Part shown: in pieces, positions 1 to 10,192 of the stretch
Layout: every line of letters begins with the position of its first letter
Numbering within the stretch: the stretch's first letter is position 1
NCBI GenBank assembly: GCA_963846575.1
Contig: CAWJWJ010000001.1
Coordinates: 672,001 to 736,000 of the forward strand
DNA: 64,000 nt
Source of the DNA: an uncultured Nitrospiraceae bacterium
GTDB taxonomy: Bacteria; Nitrospirota; Nitrospiria; Nitrospirales; Nitrospiraceae
Reading direction: 5' to 3'
Notes under the pieces: generated by a model
What the model saw: only the letters and a program-made list of their open reading frames with translations
Told to the model about the DNA's origin: nothing
Databases searched by the model: none
Position numbers and translations under genes: made by a program

Positions 1-660
1 GGCGCCGGGATGTTCGGGATCCACCCGGATCGCCGTTTCCAGCATCGCCACGAGCTCCTCGGTGCCCGGCTGAGGCCGCCCATCCGTCCGCCAATAGTCC
101 CAGGGCCGAAGAACCATCAGTGACTCGGCCGCCAAAGTCGCCGCATCCACGTCGTCCGAATACTCTCCAGCCAGACGGCGCATAGCTTTGGCGTACGCCT
201 CGTCTTTCGCTTTCCGGGTGAGGGAGCGTTTGACTGAATATCTCGAGGCCAGTGCCTCAACGTAAGCGCGCTCCCTTGGAGTCGCTTTCGCTAGACGCGC
301 GGTGGCCTTGCGCAGGGCTTCCACCGCGCGAGGCTCCTGCTTCGCATCCATGGGCGCATTGATGTTCGGCCCCAGACTCAACGCCACGCCCCAATAGGGC
401 ATGGGCGCATCAGGATCGAGTCGGGACGCTTCGGTGAAGGCCGAAATGGCTTCCTCATGATTAAAGGCATAGACCAGCCTGAGCCCTTGATCGAAAAACT
501 TCTGCGCACGGTCGGACCCCGTCGTAATCTCGTGATGCCAGGTACCCAGGTTATCGTACAGCGTCACGGCTGCCCCGACCCGGCCGGCGGAAAGAAGCAC
601 CGCCAACCCCGTCACCATCATGCCGTGAATCACCACCCTCGCATATGTTCCATTCGCCAT
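1..660 (-). CDS. TPR-containing exported protein (3' end runs off the window)
   Basis: Manual translation from ATG 660 (GGAG upstream): MANGTYARVVIHGMMVTGLAVLLSAG...LYDNLGTWHHEITTGSDRAQKFFDQGLRLVYAFNHEEAISAF. This N-terminus is typical of a widespread TPR family. Not in the ORF track because it is open-ended. Confidence 0.8.
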   Translation of the reverse strand, partial: MANGTYARVVIHGMMVTGLAVLLSAGRVGAAVTLYDNLGTWHHEITTGSDRAQKFFDQGLRLVYAFNHEEAISAFTEASRLDPDAPMPYWGVALSLGPNINAPMDAKQEPRAVEALRKATARLAKATPRERAYVEALASRYSVKRSLTRKAKDEAYAKAMRRLAGEYSDDVDAATLAAESLMVLRPWDYWRTDGRPQPGTEELVAMLETAIRVDPEHPGA

Positions 661-896
661 CGATCATGCTCCTGATCTGGTTGTCCGGGTGAAGGGAGAA
701 GAAGGACGGATCCCGACATGCCCGCCACACACGTGGGCACAAATTAACAGTCCTGTCAGGAAGATGCTAGTCGGAAGGGCGCGACTCTGGAGGCCGGGCT
801 ATGGGCCATTGGCCGCTGCAGATAGGCTCTCCGGCAAGGGCTGGCTGGTGCCCTCTCGGTCAGGACCCCGGATGCCTCCGGGACTCTGAATGACGG

Positions 897-1598
897 TTAT
901 GCGTTGAGAAAGGGGGTTTGGGTTGCTTCGGTCGCAGCGTCCCTGCGATCTCGTGACGATTTCTTATCGCGATACGGAAGCGAACGCGGCGGGACGAGGG
1001 ACAATTCAAGGGCAGGAGGTTCGACGAGTTCCATGTCTTTGCCCATGTACATCAACACTTGCTGTTGAGAGGTCACCAGGGCACGCAAGTCCCGGAGTTG
1101 CGCTGTGAGATCTTCCACTTGCGTCTGTTGGAGGGAAACCTGTTCTCTCAGCTGATCGACTTCGGCTTGAGTGGATCGGGTCTGCTGAAGCACCCACTCC
1201 TTGAGTTCGCGCGCTTGCGCGGTGAATAGACGCTGCACAATTCCCGCCCGGTCACGTAGCCGGAAAATGGCCTCCCCGACCGAACCGTCCCACCGTCGGG
1301 CAGGCACCAACCCATGTTCGGTCCCGGACCCTTCCTCAGCATGTCGCGCCACCGGCGCCCCCAGCCAGTTCGACAGACGCTGTCCCCATGGCTCGACCGC
1401 CCGCTCTTCGGGACGTCCGTGCTGGCACCAGTCCTCAAAACGCTCGGTCAGATCTTCGAGCTTCACGAACACCTTGCCGATCGTCGCGCGCAAAGGTGAC
1501 GGCGCAAAGGGATTGACCCCGCCTTTCCCAGCCTTATCGGGAGCAAGGGTCAGAAGGTTGACCGGCTTTTCCGCTAAACGCTGCTGTTTACGAGTCAT
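897..1598 (-). CDS. Hypothetical protein with C-terminal coiled coil
   Basis: 233-aa ORF with a heptad-like Q/E/L-rich segment (EVDQLREQVSLQQTQVEDLTAQLRDLRALV). Confidence 0.65.
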   Translation of the reverse strand: MTRKQQRLAEKPVNLLTLAPDKAGKGGVNPFAPSPLRATIGKVFVKLEDLTERFEDWCQHGRPEERAVEPWGQRLSNWLGAPVARHAEEGSGTEHGLVPARRWDGSVGEAIFRLRDRAGIVQRLFTAQARELKEWVLQQTRSTQAEVDQLREQVSLQQTQVEDLTAQLRDLRALVTSQQQVLMYMGKDMELVEPPALELSLVPPRSLPYRDKKSSRDRRDAATEATQTPFLNA

Positions 1599-1744
1599 GG
1601 GACCACGATCCTACCGGTTGAAGTCATTCATTCATTACTCTTTCCGATGGTCCTAGTCAATGGTTAGGCGAAGGGTTTTTTTCCGGCCGACTGGCCGGCA
1701 CTTCAGAGTGAACTGGCTCGCACGATCGGCCGGACGAGAGCGAC

Positions 1745-3091
1745 CTAAAACCGCGTGACGCTGGAGAAGTTGAAATCGTTGAGTCGTAGGGCCGGCACCA
1801 GGGCCTTGCCGGTTTCCGATGTGACCGCTTCGCTGGGCGTCGTGTAGGCGTCCACATGGCTCAAGACGCGCAGCGGGCTGTCGTGAAACCGGAAGTTCCG
1901 CACCGCCGAGACGATTTCGCCGTTCTCGATCAGAAAGGTTCCGTCTCGAGTCATCCCCGTCAGCGTCAGGTCCGAGGGATTGACGGGACGGATGTACCAG
2001 AAATTCGTCACGAGGATACCCCGTTGCGTCGTGCGGACGAGATCCTCCGCGCGCGCGCCGTGCGGGTGTTCGCCGGACAGATAGGGAGACTCCAGTGTCG
2101 TCAGCGGCTCGATACGATGTTCCTGCGCGGTGTAGCGATCGTGGAGCAACTGCGTCAACACACCCGATTCGATCCAGGTCGATCCGATCACGGGGAGGCC
2201 TTCACCGGTAAATCCTGGGCCGAGAAGGTCCACATGGTCAGGCCGGTTCAACAAAGACAATCGCCGGTCTAGAATCCGCATGCCCAACTTTTCGCTGAAG
2301 GGACTCGTCCCTTTGTAAAATGATTTCGCGTCGAGCATCCAGATCATCCAGCTCAACAGACCCGCGACCGCCGCCGGTTCCAGAATGACGGTATAGCGCC
2401 CGGGCGGCAGTTCCTGCGGTTCATCCGCGCTTCGCTTCGCCTTATTGATGGCTGCGAGCGTGCGCTCCTGAACATGCAGGTGATCGATTGAGCGATGGGC
2501 TGCCGCTGACCAACCGGTGGCCTCACCGGCTTGCACCGTCAGGCTGAATCGCGCTTCGGTTCGCTCCTCGTAAGCCGAGAGTCCTGTGTCGGCGGCCAGG
2601 GCCGCGACCGTCAGGCTCGAGGCCACCGTTCCGGCGGCATTCAAATTCTCCATCTTGCATTGCCCGATCGCTTCACGGGCGTAATCGAGCCGCCGGGCGG
2701 GTCCGGCGGCACTCGTTTCGGGCCGTGACGCAGGCGGCAAGAGATACGATTGAGCGCCAACCGGCGGAAGATACTCGGGGTCCTTGGGCGAGAGGCGGGC
2801 GATCCGCTCTGCCTGCGCGAGCGCCTCCCGCACCGCTCCGGCGGTGAAGTCCGTGGTGGTCGCCGTGGCATGTTGTTGGCCGAATGCCACGGTGATGGCC
2901 AGCGTCCCCCGACGCTGATTCACGTTCTGAATTACTTGATTGTTCGCAAAGCGGGTGGTGCCGCCATGGACGTCCCGCAACGACAGGACTGTATGGTCGG
3001 CCGCGGAATGCTTCAGTACCAGATCGGTCAGGAAGTCGAACTCCTGCCGACTCGTCAACTTTGGCCAGGTGGTGGTGATTGCAGAGGTCAT
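1745..3091 (-). CDS. tldE: TldE/PmbA family metalloprotease subunit
   Basis: TRFANN, LPPGRYTVILEPAAV and TGMTRDGTFLIENGEI..VRNFRF motifs; no HExxGH; overlaps the tldD stop. Confidence 0.85.
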   Translation of the reverse strand: MTSAITTTWPKLTSRQEFDFLTDLVLKHSAADHTVLSLRDVHGGTTRFANNQVIQNVNQRRGTLAITVAFGQQHATATTTDFTAGAVREALAQAERIARLSPKDPEYLPPVGAQSYLLPPASRPETSAAGPARRLDYAREAIGQCKMENLNAAGTVASSLTVAALAADTGLSAYEERTEARFSLTVQAGEATGWSAAAHRSIDHLHVQERTLAAINKAKRSADEPQELPPGRYTVILEPAAVAGLLSWMIWMLDAKSFYKGTSPFSEKLGMRILDRRLSLLNRPDHVDLLGPGFTGEGLPVIGSTWIESGVLTQLLHDRYTAQEHRIEPLTTLESPYLSGEHPHGARAEDLVRTTQRGILVTNFWYIRPVNPSDLTLTGMTRDGTFLIENGEIVSAVRNFRFHDSPLRVLSHVDAYTTPSEAVTSETGKALVPALRLNDFNFSSVTRF

Positions 3092-4545
3092 TCCTTGGCT
3101 TGTCCCGTAATCACATCAACCTTACGAAAGCGGGCATGGGAAGCGGCATGGGTCATCCAGCCTGCCTGGCCTGGTTGGCCCTTGCCGCACGTAATAAAAC
3201 CGTACCGACGGCGATAGGTGCGGTCGGCCACCCCGTCGCACCGTCCCCAGAACTCCGGGGTGATGCCGTGATAAATGACATCGCGCAGCATATGCGTCCG
3301 CCGGCCGTTTTCTACCAGCCAGAAGGCATCGCCGCCGAACTGAAAATTGTATCGCCGCTGATCGATGCTGTACGATCCGTGGCCCTCGATATAAATCCCG
3401 CGCTTGACGTCGGCCAGGAGGTCGTCGACCGTTGCACTGCCGGGCTCGAGACCGATGTTCGCGATCCGGACCATCGGGACGCTGCCCCACCCGTCGGCTC
3501 GATTGGACCCCCGTGACCGTTCTTCTTTGATTCTCGGCGCCACCTCACGGTTCGTACAGTACCCCACGAAAATGCCCTCGCGTACGATGTCCCACCGTTG
3601 GCAGCTCACCCCGTCGTCGTCGTACCCCGTGGCTGCGAGCGTGTCCGGTTCGGTATTATCCGCCACCAGATTGACGTGGGATGAGCCGTAGCGGTAAGCG
3701 CCCCGCTTGTCCGGTGTGAGAAAACTTGTGCCGGCATAGTTGGCCTCGTAACCGAGCGCCCGATCCAATTCACTCGGGTGCCCGCAGGACTCGTGCATGG
3801 TCAAGGAAAGGTGTTCGGGATCGAGCACCAGATCGTATCGTCCCGCCTCGACCGCCGGAGCCCGTACCTTCTCGACCGCTTGCTCGGCAATACGCGCACC
3901 CTCCCGGCTGAAGTCCGTTCCTTGAATCAATTCATACCCCATGCGCAGATGCGGGGTGTTAAAGGAACGGCTGGCAAACCGCCCGTCATGGACCGCCGTG
4001 GCGGTGCAATCGCCCTGCATCGCCAGGAGGGTGAACTCTAGATGGGCTCCTTCGGTGGAAACGAACAGCTTACGATCCCGTTGGGCCCACAGACTGGCAT
4101 GGCTCCTGACCACGCCGGCCTGCCGCTGGATGACGTCCATGGTATGCAGGAGCAGCGCGGTCTGCTCTTCCAACGGAACCGCGAAGGGATCGAGACGACA
4201 AGGGGTGACGATCCGGTCCTGATGCACCGGCTCAGGCGCCAGCCGCACCTTCTCGATCGTCAGGGAAGCCGATCCCTTGGCGATTTCCACGGCCAGGTCC
4301 GCCACGCGGGGTACTTCTTCGAGTGACAGGATAGAGCTTGCCGCAAACCCCCAGGCCCCTCGATGCAAGACTCGAATGCCGAAGCCGCGGTCGGACGAGT
4401 CTCGTATGCCGGCAATACGCCGGTCTTCGCCGCTGATCGTACGCGTGGTGGTATCGAGCAACCGGATATCGGCATACTCGACCCCTGCCGAACGTACGCG
4501 GGACAGCGCCAGCTCAGCCAACTCGTCCCAGAGCGGTGCAGTCAT
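3088..4545 (-). CDS. tldD: TldD family metalloprotease
   Basis: HESCGH zinc motif, GYDDDG, C-terminal CGKGQP. Confidence 0.9.
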   Translation of the reverse strand: MTAPLWDELAELALSRVRSAGVEYADIRLLDTTTRTISGEDRRIAGIRDSSDRGFGIRVLHRGAWGFAASSILSLEEVPRVADLAVEIAKGSASLTIEKVRLAPEPVHQDRIVTPCRLDPFAVPLEEQTALLLHTMDVIQRQAGVVRSHASLWAQRDRKLFVSTEGAHLEFTLLAMQGDCTATAVHDGRFASRSFNTPHLRMGYELIQGTDFSREGARIAEQAVEKVRAPAVEAGRYDLVLDPEHLSLTMHESCGHPSELDRALGYEANYAGTSFLTPDKRGAYRYGSSHVNLVADNTEPDTLAATGYDDDGVSCQRWDIVREGIFVGYCTNREVAPRIKEERSRGSNRADGWGSVPMVRIANIGLEPGSATVDDLLADVKRGIYIEGHGSYSIDQRRYNFQFGGDAFWLVENGRRTHMLRDVIYHGITPEFWGRCDGVADRTYRRRYGFITCGKGQPGQAGWMTHAASHARFRKVDVITGQAKE

Positions 4546-4655
4546 ACCATTGCTTTCGTGATGAGAAATCGCGTCGGCATCACAGTCAGTATACCAAGAG
4601 ACACGTGATCGATTCCTGCCTTTTCATCCTCCGTTCGTTCACCTATGATAGCGCC

Positions 4656-4970
4656 ATGCCGCCTCCCGAACGGACTCCCCGCCAGCGGCTCATCGAGCTC
4701 TTGACCGGCACCTTGTTGTCCTCTCACCAACTGGCTCAACTCCTGGGCATTCCGGAACGTCAGGTCGAAGAACACTTGACGCACATTGTGAAAACCATCG
4801 CGCGCGATTCCTCGCGCACGTTTCTCCTCGAACCGTCGGAGTGCCAGGATTGCACCTTTACTTTCCGTGACCGGACGAGGCTCACCCGTCCCAGCCGCTG
4901 CCCATGCTGCCGCAGCGAAGCCATCACCTCCCCCCGTTACGGCATCCGCGAACGCGACACCGGCCGGTAG
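4656..4970 (+). CDS. HTH plus Zn-ribbon transcriptional regulator (COG3357-like)
   Basis: TPRQRLIELL..LAQLLGIPERQVEEHLTHI HTH followed by CQDC...RCPCC Zn ribbon. Confidence 0.8.
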   Translation: MPPPERTPRQRLIELLTGTLLSSHQLAQLLGIPERQVEEHLTHIVKTIARDSSRTFLLEPSECQDCTFTFRDRTRLTRPSRCPCCRSEAITSPRYGIRERDTGR

Positions 4971-5076
4971 CCGCTTGTCCTGCCGCGTTCAATAGCCGCG
5001 CGGTCGCAAATACTCATTCCGTTTGAGAGTCCGTCCCCGGTTTGATACTCTCCTTTCGAAACGCTCACGCTCATCG

Positions 5077-6669
5077 ATGCCGACGCCCCTACCTATGACG
5101 TGGCCCCGATCGCTCTCTCTTCCGTCTCTTGCAGACCTGCGGCACGATGTGCTCGCCTCATTCGTGGTCGTGCTGGTGGCCCTGCCCCTCTGCATGGGCA
5201 TCGCCGTGGCTTCAGGCGTTCCGCCAGGAGAAGGGATTGTCACCGGCATCATCGGAGGACTGGTGGTCGGCCTCCTGGCAGGATGCCCGCTTCAGGTGAG
5301 CGGGCCGGCAGCCGGCCTGACGGTCGTCGTCTGGGAACTGGTCCAGGTGCACGGGCGCGACCACCTCGGGATCATCATCCTCCTGGCCGGCGTCATTCAG
5401 ATTCTTGCCGCCTGGCTGAAGGTGGGACACTGGTTCCGGGCCGTGTCTCCCGCCGTGATTCACGGCATGCTGGCGGGCATCGGCCTGCTCCTCGTCGCCA
5501 GCCAGTTCCATGTCATGATCGACGAGGTTCCGCACAGCGGCGGTCTGGCGAACCTCTCGGCCATTCCAGACTCCATTTCAAAGAGTCTGCTCACCAGCAA
5601 CGATTCTGGCACCAGCCATCACGAAGCGGCCTGGATCGGACTGTTGACGATCACCACGATCGTCGTCTGGACCAGGTTCGCGCCGGCTTCCCTCGGGTTG
5701 ATCCCCGCGATGCTGGTGGGCGTGACGGCGGCGACCGCCGTCGTGGCCCTGTACGATCTGCCGGTCAGCCGTGTGTCGGTCCGCGACAACTTATTGTGGG
5801 TCATCAACTGGCCGCAGGCCAATGACCTCGCGCACCTCCTCGACACCTCCACCTGGGCCAAAGCCCTTGGTCTCGCCTTTATCGCCAGTGTGGAAACGTT
5901 GCTGTCCGCGACCGCCGTCGACCAGCTGCACAGCGGCCCGCGTACCCGTTACAACCGCGAACTGTTCGCCCATGGAATCGGCAACAGCCTCTGCGGTCTG
6001 CTCGGCGTCCTGCCGCTCACGGGGGTGATCGTGCGGAGCTCCGCCAATGTTCAGGCGGGCGGCCGCACCCGCATGGCCACGGTGCTGCATGGCCTGTGGC
6101 TGCTCCTGTTCGTGTCGCTCCTGCCGTTCGTCCTCCGGCTGATCCCGATGGCCAGCCTCGGCGCCGTCCTGGTGTATACCGGGTACAAACTCATGAACGT
6201 CCGGGCCGTGAAAGAACTCCGCCCCCACGGATGGAGTGAAGTGGCGATCTACCTTGCGACCATGGCCGCCATCGTCACTACTAACCTTCTCCTAGGTGTC
6301 CTCGTCGGCCTGGGCCTGGCCGTGGGTAAGCTGCTCTATCGCACTCAAACCCTCCAGACGGCCTACCGCCACGATCCCACGAGCGGAAAACTCACCCTGA
6401 CCCTGTCGGGGGTCGCCACCTTCCTGAGTCTCCCGCGCCTCGCACAAGCGCTTGAACGCACCCCGCCGCTGGCGGAGGTCCATGTGCTGGTGGAGGAACT
6501 GTGGCACATCGACCATGCCTGCTTGAAATTGCTGGAGTCCTGGGAGAAACTGCATGCAGGCACAGGAGGACATGCCGTCATTCCGTGGGAACGACTTCAC
6601 AACCTGGCTGATTGTAAGGGTACCGCCCTCAGACCCCTGGAAAAGCCACCGCACAGGAGCGCCATATGA
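5077..6669 (+). CDS. SulP/SLC26 anion (sulfate/bicarbonate) transporter
   Basis: ALPLCMGIAVASG, QVSGPAAG and VIVRSSANV motifs; short STAS-like C-terminus; start is 5077 or 5095. Confidence 0.9.
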   Translation: MPTPLPMTWPRSLSLPSLADLRHDVLASFVVVLVALPLCMGIAVASGVPPGEGIVTGIIGGLVVGLLAGCPLQVSGPAAGLTVVVWELVQVHGRDHLGIIILLAGVIQILAAWLKVGHWFRAVSPAVIHGMLAGIGLLLVASQFHVMIDEVPHSGGLANLSAIPDSISKSLLTSNDSGTSHHEAAWIGLLTITTIVVWTRFAPASLGLIPAMLVGVTAATAVVALYDLPVSRVSVRDNLLWVINWPQANDLAHLLDTSTWAKALGLAFIASVETLLSATAVDQLHSGPRTRYNRELFAHGIGNSLCGLLGVLPLTGVIVRSSANVQAGGRTRMATVLHGLWLLLFVSLLPFVLRLIPMASLGAVLVYTGYKLMNVRAVKELRPHGWSEVAIYLATMAAIVTTNLLLGVLVGLGLAVGKLLYRTQTLQTAYRHDPTSGKLTLTLSGVATFLSLPRLAQALERTPPLAEVHVLVEELWHIDHACLKLLESWEKLHAGTGGHAVIPWERLHNLADCKGTALRPLEKPPHRSAI

Positions 6670-6890
6670 GCGGCATCGCGACATGTATCATCCTTGCCCT
6701 CCTGGTCATGGTGTCGGCTTGCGGACCCGACCAAGCGGCGCAACTGCTGGAGACCGCCCAGTTCGAAGAACGCCAGACTAACAAGGAGCACGCCAAGGAA
6801 CTCTACGAAGAAATCGTTCGTCGCTACCCCGACAGTCCCGCCGCACAAACCGCTCGCGCGCGACTCACGCAGCTGACCGACAGACCCTGA
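6666..6890 (+). CDS. Small lipoprotein with a single TPR-like repeat
   Basis: Lipobox VSAC; AKELYEEIVRRYPDSPAA; ATGA overlap with SulP. Confidence 0.7.
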   Translation: MSGIATCIILALLVMVSACGPDQAAQLLETAQFEERQTNKEHAKELYEEIVRRYPDSPAAQTARARLTQLTDRP

Positions 6891-6893
6891 GAC

Positions 6894-7697
6894 TCACTTC
6901 AACCGCCGTGGCCACCAGGGAATAAACGCGTTCGTCGTGCGACGATAGGCCGCATACTCTTCCCCCCGGGTCCTCATGGCCTGCCGCTCGGTCCAGGGGA
7001 TACCGGTGAGTTTTAGCAAGGCCACTCCCATGGCGATCGGGCCGATCAGGGTCACGGCCCAGTTTCCCACCGGTATCGCCATCGCCATCAGCACATAACT
7101 CCACCAGTGCAGCCATTCGAAGAAATAATTGGGATGGCGCGAATAACGCCAGAGACCGATCCGACAGACGCGATCCCTGTTCCAGGACTGGTTGCGGAAC
7201 GCGGCCAGTTGCCGGTCGGCGATGGCCTCTCCGGAGACGGCGACGAACCAAAGCAGAAAACCGGCCAGTTCCCATAAGTGAAAGGGCGGATGGGGGTTCT
7301 GCATCACCACCAGGGGAGGGAGCGAAAACCAGGCGATGGCGGCAGCCTGCAGCTGGAAATACCAAAACAGGTACAGCTGTTCATGATCGCCCCATTGACG
7401 GCGCAGGGCGCGGTACCGCCCGTCTTCCGGTTTATCCCATACCCGGTCGATGAGCACATGCGTGCCAAGGCGAACTGCATAGACGACGACCATCGCGGCG
7501 ACGAGCAACCGCCGGGCCGGTTCTCCCGGGATCAATGCGGCGTACCAGGACACGACCAGAGCCAGTCCGTAACACCAGCCCACATCGGCAACGGCGGCAT
7601 TGCGCATCTTGCGCTGGGCAATCCAGAGGAGGACCATAAGGGCCGCCGACGAAACCCAGCCTGTCACAAGGAGGGAAAGCGCATCCATGGTCGCCAT
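6894..7697 (-). CDS. DUF1295 / steroid 5-alpha reductase-like membrane protein
   Basis: EDGRY, EAIADRQL and GLWRYSRHPNYFFEW motifs. Confidence 0.88.
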   Translation of the reverse strand: MATMDALSLLVTGWVSSAALMVLLWIAQRKMRNAAVADVGWCYGLALVVSWYAALIPGEPARRLLVAAMVVVYAVRLGTHVLIDRVWDKPEDGRYRALRRQWGDHEQLYLFWYFQLQAAAIAWFSLPPLVVMQNPHPPFHLWELAGFLLWFVAVSGEAIADRQLAAFRNQSWNRDRVCRIGLWRYSRHPNYFFEWLHWWSYVLMAMAIPVGNWAVTLIGPIAMGVALLKLTGIPWTERQAMRTRGEEYAAYRRTTNAFIPWWPRRLK

Positions 7698-8104
7698 ACG
7701 ATCAGCCGTTGGGGACGAATAGGGAGTGTCCCCAGTTTACGGAACATGGTCGGTGAATTGTACTATGACGGCCACAGCCCGAGAATGAGGCTGCCGCCGG
7801 ATGCCGCGGCCATCAATGACCGGTTTCTTCGGGACAGTCATGAGACAGTCGGGACAGATTGCAGCAGACGTGCCGTCTTGAACAGGCTCTCCATCGGCAC
7901 GCCGCCTCCTGCGCCGGCTGCCGGTGCGGTACCGATCCGTTCGGAGGCAGGGTATCATATGTGAGGACGGCAGGAGGTCCGGACCCTCGCTCGAGAGGCC
8001 CAACGCACCAGAGATCTCTGTTCCGGTCGCGCATCCGCCCCTCTATCATCTATGGAGCCGCTTGCGTTCACCGAAACGCAGTTGCCAGGAGAAGGAAATG
8101 TCGT

Positions 8105-8923
8105 ATGGGCGTGGATGACCTGATCCGGATCGCCTCGTACCTGTCCGTGTTGGGCGTCATGGCGACATGGGAGCTGTTGGCGCCCCGCCGGATGCCGACC
8201 GCTTCGAGACTCTGCCGGTGGGGCGGCAACCTCACGATCGTGATGCTCAATACGGTCCTCGTCCGGTTGATTCTGGCGGGAGGCATCGTGGCGGTAGCGG
8301 CCATGGCCCAGGAACGGGGCTGGGGCCTGTTGAATTGGCTGGACTGGCCGGGCTGGATCGAAGTCGGGCTGGCGTTGGTGGCGCTCGATCTGATCATCTA
8401 CTGGCAACATCAGGCGTTCCATCTGGTTCCGATCCTCTGGCGGTTTCACATGATGCACCATTCGGACCTCGATCTCGACGTGACGAGCGGGGTGCGGTTC
8501 CATCCGGTGGAAATCGTACTCTCACTGGTGGTGAAGGGGGCGGCGGTGCTTGCGCTGGGGGTGGCCCCGATGGCCGTCGTCGTGTTTGAAATCGTGCTGA
8601 ACAGCACGGCCCTGTTCAACCACAGCAATGTCACCATGCCCCCGGTGGTGGAACCGATCCTCCGGTGGTTCATCGTCACCCCGGACATGCATCGCATCCA
8701 CCATTCGGTGGACCCGCGCGAAACCAACAGCAACTACGGATTCAACGTGCCCTGGTGGGATCGGCTATTCGGAACCTATTGTCCGGAACCGAGGTTGGGA
8801 CAGACGGGCATGACGATCGGACTCGAACACCTCGGCCCGCCGGTCTGCTTGAATCTATTCATGATGCTGCGGTTTCCGTTCGTGACAAGGACTGGACGCT
8901 ACGCCGGCCGCAGCCAGCCGTGA
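8105..8923 (+). CDS. Sterol desaturase / fatty acid hydroxylase family protein
   Basis: His boxes YWQH, FHMMHHSD, FNHSN, HRIHHS; NYGFNVPWWDRLFGTY. Confidence 0.88.
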   Translation: MGVDDLIRIASYLSVLGVMATWELLAPRRMPTASRLCRWGGNLTIVMLNTVLVRLILAGGIVAVAAMAQERGWGLLNWLDWPGWIEVGLALVALDLIIYWQHQAFHLVPILWRFHMMHHSDLDLDVTSGVRFHPVEIVLSLVVKGAAVLALGVAPMAVVVFEIVLNSTALFNHSNVTMPPVVEPILRWFIVTPDMHRIHHSVDPRETNSNYGFNVPWWDRLFGTYCPEPRLGQTGMTIGLEHLGPPVCLNLFMMLRFPFVTRTGRYAGRSQP

Positions 8924-9101
8924 TTTCCGGCCGTGATCAATCCCCGGCGTCGCGACATCGTTGCGGAGTTCGAACGGCAGGCCGCTCAATCGGGCACTTC
9001 ACTGGACGGCCATGCTTCTGATTTGCGCTGCCTGACATGGGTCAAGCCGAAGGTGAGACGGCCGGGCATCTCCTTGAAAGACTCTCAGGTGGGAGGACGA
9101 T

Positions 9102-9566
9102 ATGGACCCGAATATCGCGTTGTCACACCTCATCCACAAACAAACGGACGCGGCAGCCAACTTCGCGAAATGGCTGTTTCGGCTGGCCGGCATCGTCGGC
9201 ACTCTCGTGCTGCTCCCGCTCTATTTCATAGAATTCGGGTCGGGGCTAGGGCTGGGCATACCGGTTCCACTCGACCAGCCGGGGTATTTCTACGGCTTCG
9301 TCGGCGTGGCGTTGGCGTGGCAGTTCGTCTTCATCGTCATCGCGCAGGACGTTCGCCGCTACCGGCCGCTGATGTTATGCGGCGTCGCCGAGAAGCTCCT
9401 CTTCGGCCTTGCCATGGTCATCCTCTATACCCAGGGCAGGATTGCCGCGGACCTGGTCAGCGTGGGCGGCTTCGATCTTGCGCTCGGTCTGCTCTTCGCG
9501 ATAGCCTTCCGCGCCACGGGAGGATTGGACCAGCGATTCGATGCCGAGGCGGCCTGGCGGCCCTGA
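9102..9566 (+). CDS. Hypothetical membrane protein (about 4 TM)
   Basis: GGAGG RBS; hydrophobic helices; YGFVGVALAWQ and RYRPLM. Confidence 0.7.
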   Translation: MDPNIALSHLIHKQTDAAANFAKWLFRLAGIVGTLVLLPLYFIEFGSGLGLGIPVPLDQPGYFYGFVGVALAWQFVFIVIAQDVRRYRPLMLCGVAEKLLFGLAMVILYTQGRIAADLVSVGGFDLALGLLFAIAFRATGGLDQRFDAEAAWRP

Positions 9567-9706
9567 CAGGGGAGCGGACGGACTCATGCCGCTGAGAATT
9601 ACGGCTCTACAGCCCGACGGAAAAGCGGTTCGTCGGATGGAGGCACTCACGATCCCTATGACCCGGGATCGATCATTCCCGGTTCTGACTCGAGGAGGCC
9701 CGATCG

Positions 9707-10075
9707 ATGCTGAGCGTGCAGCAGACTATCCCGATCTTGCGTATCTTCGACCTTCCGAAGGCACGTGAGTTTTATCTCGACTTCCTCGGATTCCGCGTTG
9801 ACTGGGAACACCGGTTCGATCCAACTGCTCCGGTCTATCTCCAGATTTCGCGGGACAGGTGCCTGCTGCACCTGACGGAACACCACGGCGACTGCTGCCC
9901 CGGCGCTACGATGCTGGTGCGAGTTTCCGGGTTGGAACAGTTTCATCAGGAAATCACGTCCAAGGGCTATGCGAACATGCGCCCGGGGATCGAGGTCGTT
10001 CCATGGAACGCAAAAGTCATGGAGGTCATCGATCCGTTCGGCAACCGCCTGCGCTTCACCGAAGACCTCTCCTAG
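9707..10075 (+). CDS. Glyoxalase/bleomycin-resistance (VOC) protein
   Basis: AREFYLDFLGF, LHLTEHHGD and DPFGNRLRF motifs. Confidence 0.88.
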   Translation: MLSVQQTIPILRIFDLPKAREFYLDFLGFRVDWEHRFDPTAPVYLQISRDRCLLHLTEHHGDCCPGATMLVRVSGLEQFHQEITSKGYANMRPGIEVVPWNAKVMEVIDPFGNRLRFTEDLS

Positions 10076-10192
10076 GTTGCCGGAGTGCCATCTTCTCAGC
10101 ATGCACCGGACCTGACCGCGGCTGGACCGGTAGACAGCACCCGGGACCCGCACAGGCTTCGCCCTCGAGCCGCCTGCCGATCGACAGCTTGA

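Noticed and set aside
7840..7964. Tat-like SRRAVL peptide in an intergenic frame
   Set aside because: No start/RBS or hydrophobic core; probably chance
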